This document shows, piece after piece, positions 13,440 through 26,306 of a DNA stretch of 64,000 bases (positions within the stretch are counted from its first letter, which is position 1; each line of letters begins with the position of its first letter). The position numbers and the translations under genes were made by a program. A model generated the notes under the pieces. The model worked only from the letters and a program-made list of their open reading frames with translations. It was not told the DNA's origin and did no database searches. The stretch is from Schmidtea polychroa (Eukaryota), in contig CM097887.1 of assembly GCA_044892525.1 (NCBI GenBank), positions 105,750,397 through 105,814,396 of the forward strand, given 5' to 3'.

Positions 13440-14230
13440 CTCGATGGTCCTGGGATTTTCAATACAAAAAAATTTTTTCTATACAAAAACGATGGTCCTG
13501 GGATTTTCAATACAAAAAAAATTTTTTCAATACAAAAACGATGGTCTTGGGATTTTCAATACAAAAATTTTTTTCAATACAAAAACGATGGTCCTGGGAT
13601 TTTCAATACAAAAAAATTTTTTTCAATACAAATAAAATTTTTTCAATACAAAAATCCGACTACCACTAAAAAAGCCAAGGATTTTTCAGACTATAGTGAG
13701 GTGAGTCTCCTTGGTCCTGAGAAATAGGTGGTCTACACTAAAAAACGTGGTAAATTTTTCAATTACAGTAAATAATGGTTCTAAAAATTGAATTAAAGTA
13801 AATTATGGTCCAAAAATTTAAATTAAAGTAAATAATGGTTCTAAATTTTAAATTAAAGTTAATTAAGGTCCAAATTTTTTTTTATCAGACTATAGTGAGG
13901 GGGTCTCGATGGTCCTGGGATTTTCAATACAAAAATTTTTTTTCAATACAAAAATCCGACTACCACTAAAAAAGCATAGAATTTTCAGACTGTAGTGGGG
14001 GGGGGGTCTCGATGGTCCTAGGATTTTCAATACAAAAAAAAAATTTCAATACAAAAACGATGGTCCTGGGATTTTCAATACAAAAACGATGGTCCTAGGA
14101 TTTTCAATACAAAAAAAAAATTTTTCAACACAAAAAGCTGGTCTACAATAAAAAAGCATGGTAATTTAAGGTCTTAGGATATTTTCAATACAAAAAGCTG
14201 GTCTACACTAAAAAAGCCAAGGATTTTTCA
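13440..14230 (+). repeat. Subterminal ~47-49 bp repeats (GATGGTCCTGGGATTTTCAATACAAAA...) with related modules; mirror at ~28630-29610
   Basis: GATGGTC recurs at 13443, 13491, 13540, 13587 and again at 13900-14110. These repeats explain the repetitive ORFs 13340-13669, 13384-13635, 29338-29697 and 29372-29653. Confidence 0.9.
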
Positions 14231-14299
14231 GACTATAGTGAGGTGGGTCTCCTTGGTCCTGAGAAAAAGGTGGTCTACACTAAAAAACGTGGTAAATTT

Positions 14300-14900
14300 T
14301 TCAATTAAAGTAAATTATGGTTCTAAAAATTGAAATTAAAGTAAATAATGGTCCAAATTTTAAAATTAAAGTAAATTATGGTTCTAAAAATTAAATTATA
14401 GTAAATTATGGCTCAAATTTTTAAATTACAGTAAATTATGGTCCTAAAAAATTAAATTACAGTAAATTATGGTTCTAAAAAATTAAATTACAGTAAATTA
14501 TGGCTCAAATTTTTAAATTACAGTAAATTATGGTCCAAATTTTTAAATTAAAGTAAATAATGGTTCTAAAAATTAAATTAAAGTAAATTATGGCTCAAAT
14601 ATTTCAATTACAGTAAATTATGGGTCTAAAAATTGAATTAAAGTAAATTATGGTTCTAAAAATTGAAATTACAGTAAATTATGGTCTAAAAATTAAATTA
14701 CAGTAAATTATGGTCAAACATTTTAAATTAAAGTAAATAATGGTCCAAATTTTTCAATTAAAGTAAATAATGGTTCTAAAAATTAAATTATAGTAAATTA
14801 TGGCTCAAATTTTTAAATTACAGTAAATTATGGTCCTAAAAAATTAAATTACAGTAAATAATGGTCCAAATTTTTAAATTAAGTAATCAATGGTAAAAAA
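14300..14900 (+). repeat. 30-31 bp satellite (AAATTACAGTAAATTATGGTYC...); mirror at ~28080-28620
   Basis: GTAAATTATGG recurs every 30-31 bp (14401, 14431, 14462...). A shorter block lies at 13760-13880. Confidence 0.9.
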
Positions 14901-15179
14901 TTTTAAATAAGTAAATTAAAGTAATAATTTTTAAATAAGTAAATTAAAGTAATGTAATAAGTAAATTAAAGTAAGATTTTAAAATTTAATTACAAAATAA
15001 TAGAAGGTGTTTGAGAATTGAAATTTTTTAATGAAAATTTTTATGAAATAATTTTTAAGTAATTTTTAATAGAAATTTTAATGAAATATTTTTCAATGGT
15101 AATTTTTAATGGAAATTTTTAAGATAATTTTTAATGGAAATTTTTATGAAATATTTTTCAAAGCAAATTTTAATAATAA

Positions 15180-16430
15180 TTCAACAACAAACCAACAACT
15201 TAGTACCAACATGTATTTACAACCAGATACCTACAACTAGTTACTAACAACCAGTTACCTGATACCAAGTACCTACAACTAGATACTAACAATCAGTTAC
15301 CTGCTACCTAGTACTTACAACTAGTTACTAACAACCAGTTACCTGCTACCAAATACTTACAACTAGTTACTAACAACCAACTACTTACAACTAGTTACTA
15401 ACAACCTGTTACCTGCTATCAAGTACTTACAACAAGATACCAAGTACTAAGCACAGTCAACTAGATACCAAACACTTACAACTAGATACCACGTACTAAC
15501 TAACTCTCAAACAACTAGTTACTAACAATCAGTTACCTGCTACCAAGCACTCAACCGTCAACAACCAGTTACTAAGCATTATTAACCAACTACTAAGTAC
15601 CTACAACCACCTACCCATTAACTAGCTACAACCACCTAACAACCAATTACCTTCAACTAGTTACTAACAACTAGTTACCTGATAGCAACCAACTAGGTAC
15701 CAGATACCAAGTACTAACAACCGCCAACAACCAGATACCTACAATTAGTTACTAACAACCAAAAACAACCAACCAACCAGTTACCTGATACCAAGTACTA
15801 ACAACCAGTTACCTTATACCAGATACCTACAACTAGTTACTAACAACTAGTTACCTGATAGCAACCAACTAGGTACCAGATACCAAGTACTAACAACCGC
15901 CAACAACCAGATACCTACAATTAGTTACTAACAACCAAAAACAACCAACCAACCAGTTACCTGATACCAAGTACTAACAACCAGTTACCTTATACCAGAT
16001 ACCTACAACTAGTTACTAACAACTAGTTACCTGATAGCAACCAACTAGGTACCAGATACCAAGTACTAACAACCGCCAACAACCAGATACCTACAATTAG
16101 TTACTAACAACCAAAAACAACCAACCAACCAGTTACCTGATACCAAGTACTTACAACCAGTTACCTTATACCAGATACCTACAACTAGTTACTAACAACT
16201 AGTTACCTGATAGCAACCAACTAGGTACCAGATACCAAGTACTAACAACCAGTTACCAACTACTAAGCATTAATTACCTACAACTAGTTACTAACAACTA
16301 GATACCAAGTACATACAACCAACATCAACCAGATACTAAGCATTATCAACCAAGTACTAACAACCAAGTAACTTACCAAGTACTAAGCACTGTCAACTAG
16401 ATACCAAACACTTACAACCAGATGACCACA
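15180..16430 (+). repeat. Strand-skewed C/A-rich array containing a 176-bp higher-order unit; G/T-rich mirror at ~26720-27795
   Basis: Built from ACTAAC/TACC/AACC/CTAG words. The unit recurs at 15665, 15841, 16017 and 16193. The CCGCC marker occurs 3 times on the left and 2 times (GGCGG) on the right. Confidence 0.9.
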
Positions 16431-16841
16431 TGAAATTAATGGTTAAATATGAAAATAAGGATTATATTTAGTTGTTAAGTAAATAATGGTGTAAAATTAA
16501 GAAATAAAGAATAATTAGGTAAATTAAAGTAATAATTTTTAAAAAAGTAAATTAAGGTTCAAAATTTAAAATTAAGTAATAAATGGTTCAAATTTTAAAT
16601 TAAAGCTAAAGAAGTAAATTAAAGTAGTAATTTTTAAATAAGTAATGTAATAAGTAAATTAAACTACGATTTTTAAATTTATTATCAAAAGATTGAATAA
16701 CCACCAACTTTTTTGAGAAATGTAATTTTTAATGAAAATTTAAATGGAAATTTTTTTTTAAGTTAATTTTCAATGTAAAATTTTTTAAGTAAATTTTAAT
16801 GAAATAATTTTTTAAGTTAATTTTGAATGAAAATTTTAATG

Positions 16842-16843
<2 letters not shown>

Positions 16844-16887
<44 letters not shown>
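16844..16887 (+). repeat. (AAT)n microsatellite; the mirror (ATT)n at ~26245-26304 is 5 units longer
   Basis: Directly visible. It gives the poly-Ile runs in the mirrored ORFs of 79 aa versus 84 aa. Confidence 0.95.
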
Positions 16888-17318
16888 TCAACAATCAGTT
16901 ACCAACAACCAGATACTAAATATTTTTCACTATGTGCTAAGAAATAAGTACCAAATACTTTCAACACGATACCACGTACTAACTAACTCTCAAACAACCA
17001 CATACTTACAACTAACTACTAAATATTCTTTATTGTATTTTATGAAATGCTTTTTAAATTAATTTTTTATCTGTCTTCAAAAATATGTTTAATTACAATC
17101 AGTAGAAAAAATCTTTTCAAATTTAACAAAAATGTTGATTTTCATCAAAAAATAATTGACAACTCATCACCACGTGAAATTCAAAATAATTTAAGTTACA
17201 ATGAAAGACTAATGAATTCTAATTTACAAAACATTCTTCTTTTAAATGATAACTACTGACTTATTATTGCAAAGTAAAAATCACATTCAATAAATACTTA
17301 TTATTGATCAGTTTTATT

Positions 17319-20300
17319 ATATATACTCTGAGTTTATCCGACAGGATGTTTTGACCCCCTAAGGGTACAGGTCGTAAGGGTATTAGTCGTAAGGGTACTG
17401 GTCGTAAAGGTACTAGTCGTAGGGGTATTGGTAACACTTAACCACAACCTACCAATTAACTAGCTACTATGTACTAACCACTAGGTTTCAAACAACAACT
17501 ACTAACAACCACCATCAAAACCCATCGAGAAATTAACAAATATCAACCTACAACTATATAACAATCAGTAAACAACACTGTACCAACTACCAAATACAAG
17601 ATACCAACAACTTAGTACCAACAATCAACTAACAACACATAAAAATAATAGCAATTAAATACAAAATATTCTTCATCGCATACACTATTTTCTTATCAAA
17701 ATCTAAAAAGTCAATCAGATACCAACTACCAAGTACCAAGTACTAACAACCAACTACCTAGAACCAACAACTATGTACTAACAAATTGATCTTTAAAAGC
17801 AAATACTCTTCACTTGAAAAATTGGATGAAAAATTATTTGAACTCAAGGCATCAATAACTTGGTAAAAATTGATTAAATAATTGTAAAAATTTAAATTAT
17901 TCAAAATAAATATCATAAAAATTTAATTAATGGACAAGAAAAAATTCTAATCATCCAATAAATAAAAAAAAATGCTGATCATTCAAGTTGAATCAACTAA
18001 GATAATAAATTAATAAGATAAGATCTAGTAGATAATTGATTAAGATTGAATAAATTAATTTAAATAAAATAAAATTTAATTATTTTTGTAAAAGTAATAC
18101 ATGTACTCAAATTGATTGACTGATTTCTCAATATATTCAAAAAAAATCAGTATAAATTCATTACAATTATCAAAGTCAGCAATCTACAATAAAAATAATT
18201 ATCATAAAATTCCAAAAGAGACTAGATAACTAATGATAACATCTAATAAACCAGTAAATTTATTTAAATGACAATAATTGGTATATCCTAGTGAATTCTC
18301 CAATTTCTCATTTCCTCCCAAATATATCAATATGTAAAGATTAGTATTGTAATGATAAATACTTGTTAAAGATCATATATTTACCTCAAACTAACAAGAT
18401 TCCTTAAAATCCCTTAAATGACTATATTTCTACCCTTAATTCATATTATTACAAATATTTCACTAAAATCATCTAAAAAGCATCAAATTTCCCTGAAATA
18501 ACTATCTTTTAAGATTGATATTTTAATGATAAGTACTTGTTAAAGATCATATATTCCCCTCAGACTAATAAGATTGCTTAAACTCCCTTTTAATTGCCTA
18601 TAATTCTAACTTTAATTCCTATTATCATACATGTTTCACTATTGATAAAACCGGTTATAATTAACTTTTTGTTAATCACTGTACTCGAAATTTAAAATAA
18701 ATATAACTGACTAGGTCCCATTAAAAGATTAAATTTATCCATTCAATAAAATATATTTCTTCAAATGATCATTTTTACCAATATTCAACCGATTTAATTA
18801 CTAATTAAAATCAAGATTTCTTCCAATAAAGATCAATTTTATTTAGTCGATGTTTTAAGTCCATATTTCTAAACTTTTGTCATTCTCCGCCTAAATAAAG
18901 ATAAAAATAAATTAAAGTTGATATCAATCCCAATTATCTGTAAAGATTTCATTGTCAAAACCAAGTAAATCGATCATTATCCCTACTTAATAAAACATTG
19001 TTCTAAATTAATTTACTATGCATTAATCACAACCTAATAAAACGATATAATTATTATTGATTCATAACTGACTAATGTATTGCAATTTCCTTAAAAAACA
19101 TTGATATTTTACCAACATCACCCTTAAAAAATCATATATTCCCATCGAAACCCTTCCCTCATTAAAAGCAACCGACTATATCTCCCTTACAATAATATAT
19201 TCCCATCTTAACCCATCTCACATTAAATCTAACCGACTATATCCCCTTAAAAGATCATATTTTCCCCATCTTAACCGATCTCTCATTAAATCTAACCGAC
19301 TATATCCCTTTAAAAATCATATATTCCCATCTCTCATTAAATCTAATCGATAATATCCCATCTTATCCGATCTCTCAGCAAATATTTCTACCCTTTTAAA
19401 CATCTATCCGATTATATCCCTTAATTTCCCTAAAGATTCCACCCACTTGAACCCTTTAATATATATCAATCCTCTTAATATCCTTAGAGAACTTCAAAAA
19501 GTATGAATTTTCATAAACTGTTAAAGACACCAGGCATTCTTCCATTGAAATAATTTAGAAGCTAAATAATAAGAGCCCACTAAAAGATCAAAATTTACTA
19601 AAATTTTCTACAAATATTTACCATCAAATACTGGAGATGATATATATTGATTGATCATAATTCTTCATCGATTCAACCAATCATTTTCAAGCAATAACAG
19701 CAAACTAAATTTCTGTATATCCTACAATAATTATCAAGTAAATTTAAAGTCATTGATAAAGTTGGTTTCTTAGCTTATGTTTTTTAAAGTGCATCAATGT
19801 GTAAATATTCTTAGAAAATTATTGAAAAAAATTATCTAGTCAAATATATTACAAAGTTATCATCAAAAATTTATTCTATCACTTAATTATTAACCTAATT
19901 GTCAATGAAATTAATTTTTATTTAAAAACTATTCAATAAAATACAACTAATTATCAAGAAATTAACTAAATTTATCAATTAAATTTATCACCATTAAAAC
20001 TTTTAATCAGTCAACATGAAATTCTTAGAAAATTATTCAATATCCTCATAAAAATTTATCCTACCACTTCATTATTGTAAAATCTCTAATTATTAACCTC
20101 ATTGAAAATAATTTTTATTTAAAATTAAAAAAAAAACAAGTCAATAAAAATACATCCAATTATCAAGAAATTAATTAAATTTATCTTAGAATTAGCATTA
20201 AATTATTAAATATTCATTCAATAAACATGAAATTTGCAAAAATGTTAGAAATCCATGAAAATGATAGATATCTACAAAAATTACGCATATTCACAAAAAA

Positions 20301-20559
20301 GTACGGAAATTCATGAAAATAATAGAAAATTACAAAAAATGATAGAAATTCATAAAAATGATAGAAATTTACTTGAATAAAACCATCAACTCTAAAAAAT
20401 TATCAATACCTTAAACAACAAATTTGTCTAAATTCAAATAAAAACATTAAATACCTTTACGACTAATACCCTTGCGACATGTTGAATGTGAGTAGTACCC
20501 TTGTGAGCAATACCCATAGGGGGACAGAATATTTTGTCGGATAAACTCAGAGTATATAT
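17319..20559. mobile_element. Nested ~3.2-kb non-autonomous TIR element inside the left arm
   Basis: ATATATACTCTGAGTTTATCCGACA at 17319 and its reverse complement ending at 20559. About five 15-bp subterminal repeats (AGGGTAYTRGTCGTA) lie at 17360-17430. TA-rich flanks suggest Tc1/mariner-like targeting (uncertain). Confidence 0.7.
19140..19400 (+). repeat. Degenerate ~60-bp repeats (CATATATTCCCATCTTAACC...TCTAACCGACTATATCCC); mirror at ~23740-24000
   Basis: About four degenerate copies visible. Confidence 0.7.
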
Positions 20560-21165
20560 TAATTAACTCATTTATCATTGAATTAGTCAAATTATCGTAA
20601 ATTTCGATAAAAAATCTAAAGTGGTAAGCAATGTAAAGAGAAATATTCTTTAAATTTTGATAAAATTAACAATGAAGGTGGTAAGAATCTTCATTAAAGT
20701 GAGGAAATTATTCATTACTCGATTCAAATGGGTGAAAATAATTGGTAGAATAATCCATTAATGGAGGTAGATAATGAGAAGTGGCATATATAAGAAGAAG
20801 GTGGATAAGAATGGAAGTATATTAATTGAATTTATTTAAAATTATTTCATAAAATTCATAAATTTAATAAAAAAAAAACTTTTAAAACAAATATTTGTGG
20901 GGATGTTTTAAGTGAATAATTAATAAAAATCGGCGGAATATAATTGATTAAATATCGGGGGGTGGGGGTTATAAGTGAATAATTAGTGGAAAATAAAGGG
21001 GATATAAGTGAATAATTAATGGAGAATCGGGGGGAATATAGGAGATTAAATAGTGGGATAATGAGAATCGGTGGAATATAAGTGAGAAGGATATGTAATT
21101 TAAATTATTTTATTACGTAACAAGCCACGACTAGTTTATTACATAACAAGCCGTGACTAGTTTAT

Positions 21166-21943
21166 TACATAACAAGCTGTGAATAGTATTTTATTGAAAA
21201 TTATTGATTAGGTCTTTTTTTTTTTAATTTTTGAATAGGTACTTTAATACCTTAATAATTTAAATGTTTTGATTTACACTAAATAATTTCTAAATCAATT
21301 ACCCTTTTCAATCAATATAAGTTAATATTCAAATATAAGTCTTCGAAAATATAAATTTTATAAGTAAAGCTTTTTTAAATAAATTTAAATAAGAAATTAA
21401 TTTATTACCAGTTATATACTTTAAAACTTATTTATTGAATAAAACATTAGAAATAAAAAAGTTTTTGTTGTATAAAATACAATTAAAATTAAATTCTTTA
21501 CACTAAATTTAAAAATATAAGTTTTATTAGAAAATGTGAATAAAAAATTGAATTATTAACAGTTATAGACTTTTTAAACTTAATGATGGAATTAGGTAAT
21601 AGAAAGTAAATATTTTTTTTAAAAAAAGACCTTTAATATTGTAGCTATTTATTATTAAATTTACTATTTTACACTAAATATTTCGATTTAGAAAACAATC
21701 ATCACAATATTAAATGTGATACTTCAATCAAAATAAGTTAATACTCAAATATATGTCTTATAAAATACAATTAAAATTAAATACTTCACTAATTTTAAGT
21801 AAAGTTTTTTAAATTCTCAAATAAATGTTAACAAGATATTAATTTATTAATTATTATAGATTTTTTAAACTTATTATTGAAATTAAACAATAGAATGATA
21901 TTCAAAATATATACAATTTTAAAATATAATTAAAATTAAAATT
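21166..21943. other. Non-palindromic AT-rich spacer (loop) of the fold-back element, flanked by 26-bp repeats
   Basis: Arm symmetry stops here. The 26-bp units AATAAAATAGTCGTGGCTTGTTACGT border it (21108-21186 and 21944-22030). Degenerate direct repeats (TTATTA.CAGTTATA.ACTTT..AAACTTA) occur at ~21400, 21555 and 21845. Confidence 0.8.
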
Positions 21944-22573
21944 ATAAACTAGTCACGGCTTGTTATGCAATAAAATAGTCGTGGCTTGTTACGTAATAAA
22001 ATAGTCGTGGCTTGTTACGTAATAAAATAGTTTAAATTACATATCCTTCTCACTTATATTCCACCGATTCTCATTATCCCACTATTTAATCTCCTATATT
22101 CCCCCCGATTCTCCATTAATTATTCACTTATATCCCCTTTATTTTCCACTAATTATTCACTTATAACCCCCACCCCCCGATATTTAATCAATTATATTCC
22201 GCCGATTTTTATTAATTATTCACTTAAAACATCCCCACAAATATTTGTTTTAAAAGTTTTTTTTTTATTAAATTTATGAATTTTATGAAATAATTTTAAA
22301 TAAATTCAATTAATATACTTCCATTCTTATCCACCTTCTTATCTATGCCACTTCTCATTATCTACCTCCATTAATGGATTATTCTACCAATTATTTTCAC
22401 CCATTTGAATCGAGTAATGAATAATTTCCTCACTTTAATGAAGATTCTTACCACCTTCATTGTTAATTTTATCAAAATTTAAAGAATATTTCTCTTTACA
22501 TTGCTTACCACTTTAGATTTTTTATCGAAATTTACGATAATTTGACTAATTCAATGATAAATGAGTTAATTAA

Positions 22574-25500
22574 TATATACTCTGAGTTTATCCGACAAAA
22601 TATTCTGTCCCCCTATGGGTATTGCTCACAAGGGTACTACTCACATTCAACATGTCGCAAGGGTATTAGTCGTAAAGGTATTTAATGTTTTTATTTGAAT
22701 TTAGACAAATTTGTTGTTTAAGGTATTGATAATTTTTTAGAGTTGATGGTTTTATTCAAGTAAATTTCTATCATTTTTATGAATTTCTATCATTTTTTGT
22801 AATTTTCTATTATTTTCATGAATTTCCGTACTTTTTTGTGAATATGCGTAATTTTTGTAGATATCTATCATTTTCATGGATTTCTAACATTTTTGCAAAT
22901 TTCATGTTTATTGAATGAATATTTAATAATTTAATGCTAATTCTAAGATAAATTTAATTAATTTCTTGATAATTGGATGTATTTTTATTGACTTGTTTTT
23001 TTTTTTAATTTTAAATAAAAATTATTTTCAATGAGGTTAATAATTAGAGATTTTACAATAATGAAGTGGTAGGATAAATTTTTATGAGGATATTGAATAA
23101 TTTTCTAAGAATTTCATGTTGACTGATTAAAAGTTTTAATGGTGATAAATTTAATTGATAAATTTAGTTAATTTCTTGATAATTAGTTGTATTTTATTGA
23201 ATAGTTTTTAAATAAAAATTAATTTCATTGACAATTAGGTTAATAATTAAGTGATAGAATAAATTTTTGATGATAACTTTGTAATATATTTGACTAGATA
23301 ATTTTTTTCAATAATTTTCTAAGAATATTTACACATTGATGCACTTTAAAAAACATAAGCTAAGAAACCAACTTTATCAATGACTTTAAATTTACTTGAT
23401 AATTATTGTAGGATATACAGAAATTTAGTTTGCTGTTATTGCTTGAAAATGATTGGTTGAATCGATGAAGAATTATGATCAATCAATATATATCATCTCC
23501 AGTATTTGATGGTAAATATTTGTAGAAAATTTTAGTAAATTTTGATCTTTTAGTGGGCTCTTATTATTTAGCTTCTAAATTATTTCAATGGAAGAATGCC
23601 TGGTGTCTTTAACAGTTTATGAAAATTCATACTTTTTGAAGTTCTCTAAGGATATTAAGAGGATTGATATATATTAAAGGGTTCAAGTGGGTGGAATCTT
23701 TAGGGAAATTAAGGGATATAATCGGATAGATGTTTAAAAGGGTAGAAATATTTGCTGAGAGATCGGATAAGATGGGATATTATCGATTAGATTTAATGAG
23801 AGATGGGAATATATGATTTTTAAAGGGATATAGTCGGTTAGATTTAATGAGAGATCGGTTAAGATGGGGAAAATATGATCTTTTAAGGGGATATAGTCGG
23901 TTAGATTTAATGTGAGATGGGTTAAGATGGGAATATATTATTGTAAGGGAGATATAGTCGGTTGCTTTTAATGAGGGAAGGGTTTCGATGGGAATATATG
24001 ATTTTTTAAGGGTGATGTTGGTAAAATATCAATGTTTTTTAAGGAAATTGCAATACATTAGTCAGTTATGAATCAATAATAATTATATCGTTTTATTAGG
24101 TTGTGATTAATGCATAGTAAATTAATTTAGAACAATGTTTTATTAAGTAGGGATAATGATCGATTTACTTGGTTTTGACAATGAAATCTTTACAGATAAT
24201 TGGGATTGATATCAACTTTAATTTATTTTTATCTTTATTTAGGCGGAGAATGACAAAAGTTTAGAAATATGGACTTAAAACATCGACTAAATAAAATTGA
24301 TCTTTATTGGAAGAAATCTTGATTTTAATTAGTAATTAAATCGGTTGAATATTGGTAAAAATGATCATTTGAAGAAATATATTTTATTGAATGGATAAAT
24401 TTAATCTTTTAATGGGACCTAGTCAGTTATATTTATTTTAAATTTCGAGTACAGTGATTAACAAAAAGTTAATTATAACCGGTTTTATCAATAGTGAAAC
24501 ATGTATGATAATAGGAATTAAAGTTAGAATTATAGGCAATTAAAAGGGAGTTTAAGCAATCTTATTAGTCTGAGGGGAATATATGATCTTTAACAAGTAC
24601 TTATCATTAAAATATCAATCTTAAAAGATAGTTATTTCAGGGAAATTTGATGCTTTTTAGATGATTTTAGTGAAATATTTGTAATAATATGAATTAAGGG
24701 TAGAAATATAGTCATTTAAGGGATTTTAAGGAATCTTGTTAGTTTGAGGTAAATATATGATCTTTAACAAGTATTTATCATTACAATACTAATCTTTACA
24801 TATTGATATATTTGGGAGGAAATGAGAAATTGGAGAATTCACTAGGATATACCAATTATTGTCATTTAAATAAATTTACTGGTTTATTAGATGTTATCAT
24901 TAGTTATCTAGTCTCTTTTGGAATTTTATGATAATTATTTTTATTGTAGATTGTTGACTTTGATAATTGTAATGAATTTATACTGATTTTTTTTGAATAT
25001 ATTGAGAAATCAGTCAATCAATTTGAGTACATGTATTACTTTTACAAAAATAATTAAATTTAATTTTATTTAAATTAATTTATTCAATCTTAATCAATTA
25101 TCTACTAGATCTTATCTTATTAATTTATTATCTTAGTTGATTCAACTTGAATGATCAGCATTTTTTTTTATTTATTGGATGATTAGAATTTTTTCTTGTC
25201 CATTAATTAAATTTTTATGATATTTATTTTGAATAATTTAAATTTTTACAATTATTTAATCAATTTTTACCAAGTTATTGATGCCTTGAGTTCAAATAAT
25301 TTTTCATCCAATTTTTCAAGTGAAGAGTATTTGCTTTTAAAGATCAATTTGTTAGTACATAGTTGTTGGTTCTAGGTAGTTGGTTGTTAGTACTTGGTAC
25401 TTGGTAGTTGGTATCTGATTGACTTTTTAGATTTTGATAAGAAAATAGTGTATGCGATGAAGAATATTTTGTATTTAATTGCTATTATTTTTATGTGTTG

Positions 25501-25814
25501 TTAGTTGATTGTTGGTACTAAGTTGTTGGTATCTTGTATTTGGTAGTTGGTACAGTGTTGTTTACTGATTGTTATATAGTTGTAGGTTGATATTTGTTAA
25601 TTTCTCGATGGGTTTTGATGGTGGTTGTTAGTAGTTGTTGTTTGAAACCTAGTGGTTAGTACATAGTAGCTAGTTAATTGGTAGGTTGTGGTTAAGTGTT
25701 ACCAATACCCCTACGACTAGTACCTTTACGACCAGTACCCTTACGACTAATACCCTTACGACCTGTACCCTTAGGGGGTCAAAACATCCTGTCGGATAAA
25801 CTCAGAGTATATAT
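22574..25814. mobile_element. Mirror copy of the nested TIR element inside the right arm
   Basis: ATATATACTCTGAGTTTATCCGACAAAATATTCTGTCCCCC near 22574 and GTCGGATAAACTCAGAGTATATAT ending near 25814. Confidence 0.7.
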
Positions 25815-26245
25815 AATAAAACTGATCAATAATAAGTATTTATTGAATGTGATTTTTACTTTGCAATAATAAGTCAGTAGTTATCATTTAAAAGAAGAAT
25901 GTTTTGTAAATTAGAATTCATTAGTCTTTCATTGTAACTTAAATTATTTTGAATTTCACGTGGTGATGAGTTGTCAATTATTTTTTGATGAAAATCAACA
26001 TTTTTGTTAAATTTGAAAAGATTTTTTCTACTGATTGTAATTAAACATATTTTTGAAGACAGATAAAAAATTAATTTAAAAAGCATTTCATAAAATACAA
26101 TAAAGAATATTTAGTAGTTAGTTGTAAGTATGTGGTTGTTTGAGAGTTAGTTAGTACGTGGTATCGTGTTGAAAGTATTTGGTACTTATTTCTTAGCACA
26201 TAGTGAAAAATATTTAGTATCTGGTTGTTGGTAACTGATTGTTGA

Positions 26246-26306
<61 letters not shown>

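Noticed and set aside
13340-13669. ORFs inside the palindrome (13340-13669, 13384-13635, 16823-17259 and their mirrors)
   Set aside because: Products of 48-bp repeats, an (AAT)n microsatellite and AT-rich sequence; no domain-like content.
13440-14900. CRISPR-like regular repeats
   Set aside because: The units are contiguous tandem satellites without unique spacers, in a eukaryotic context with no cas genes.
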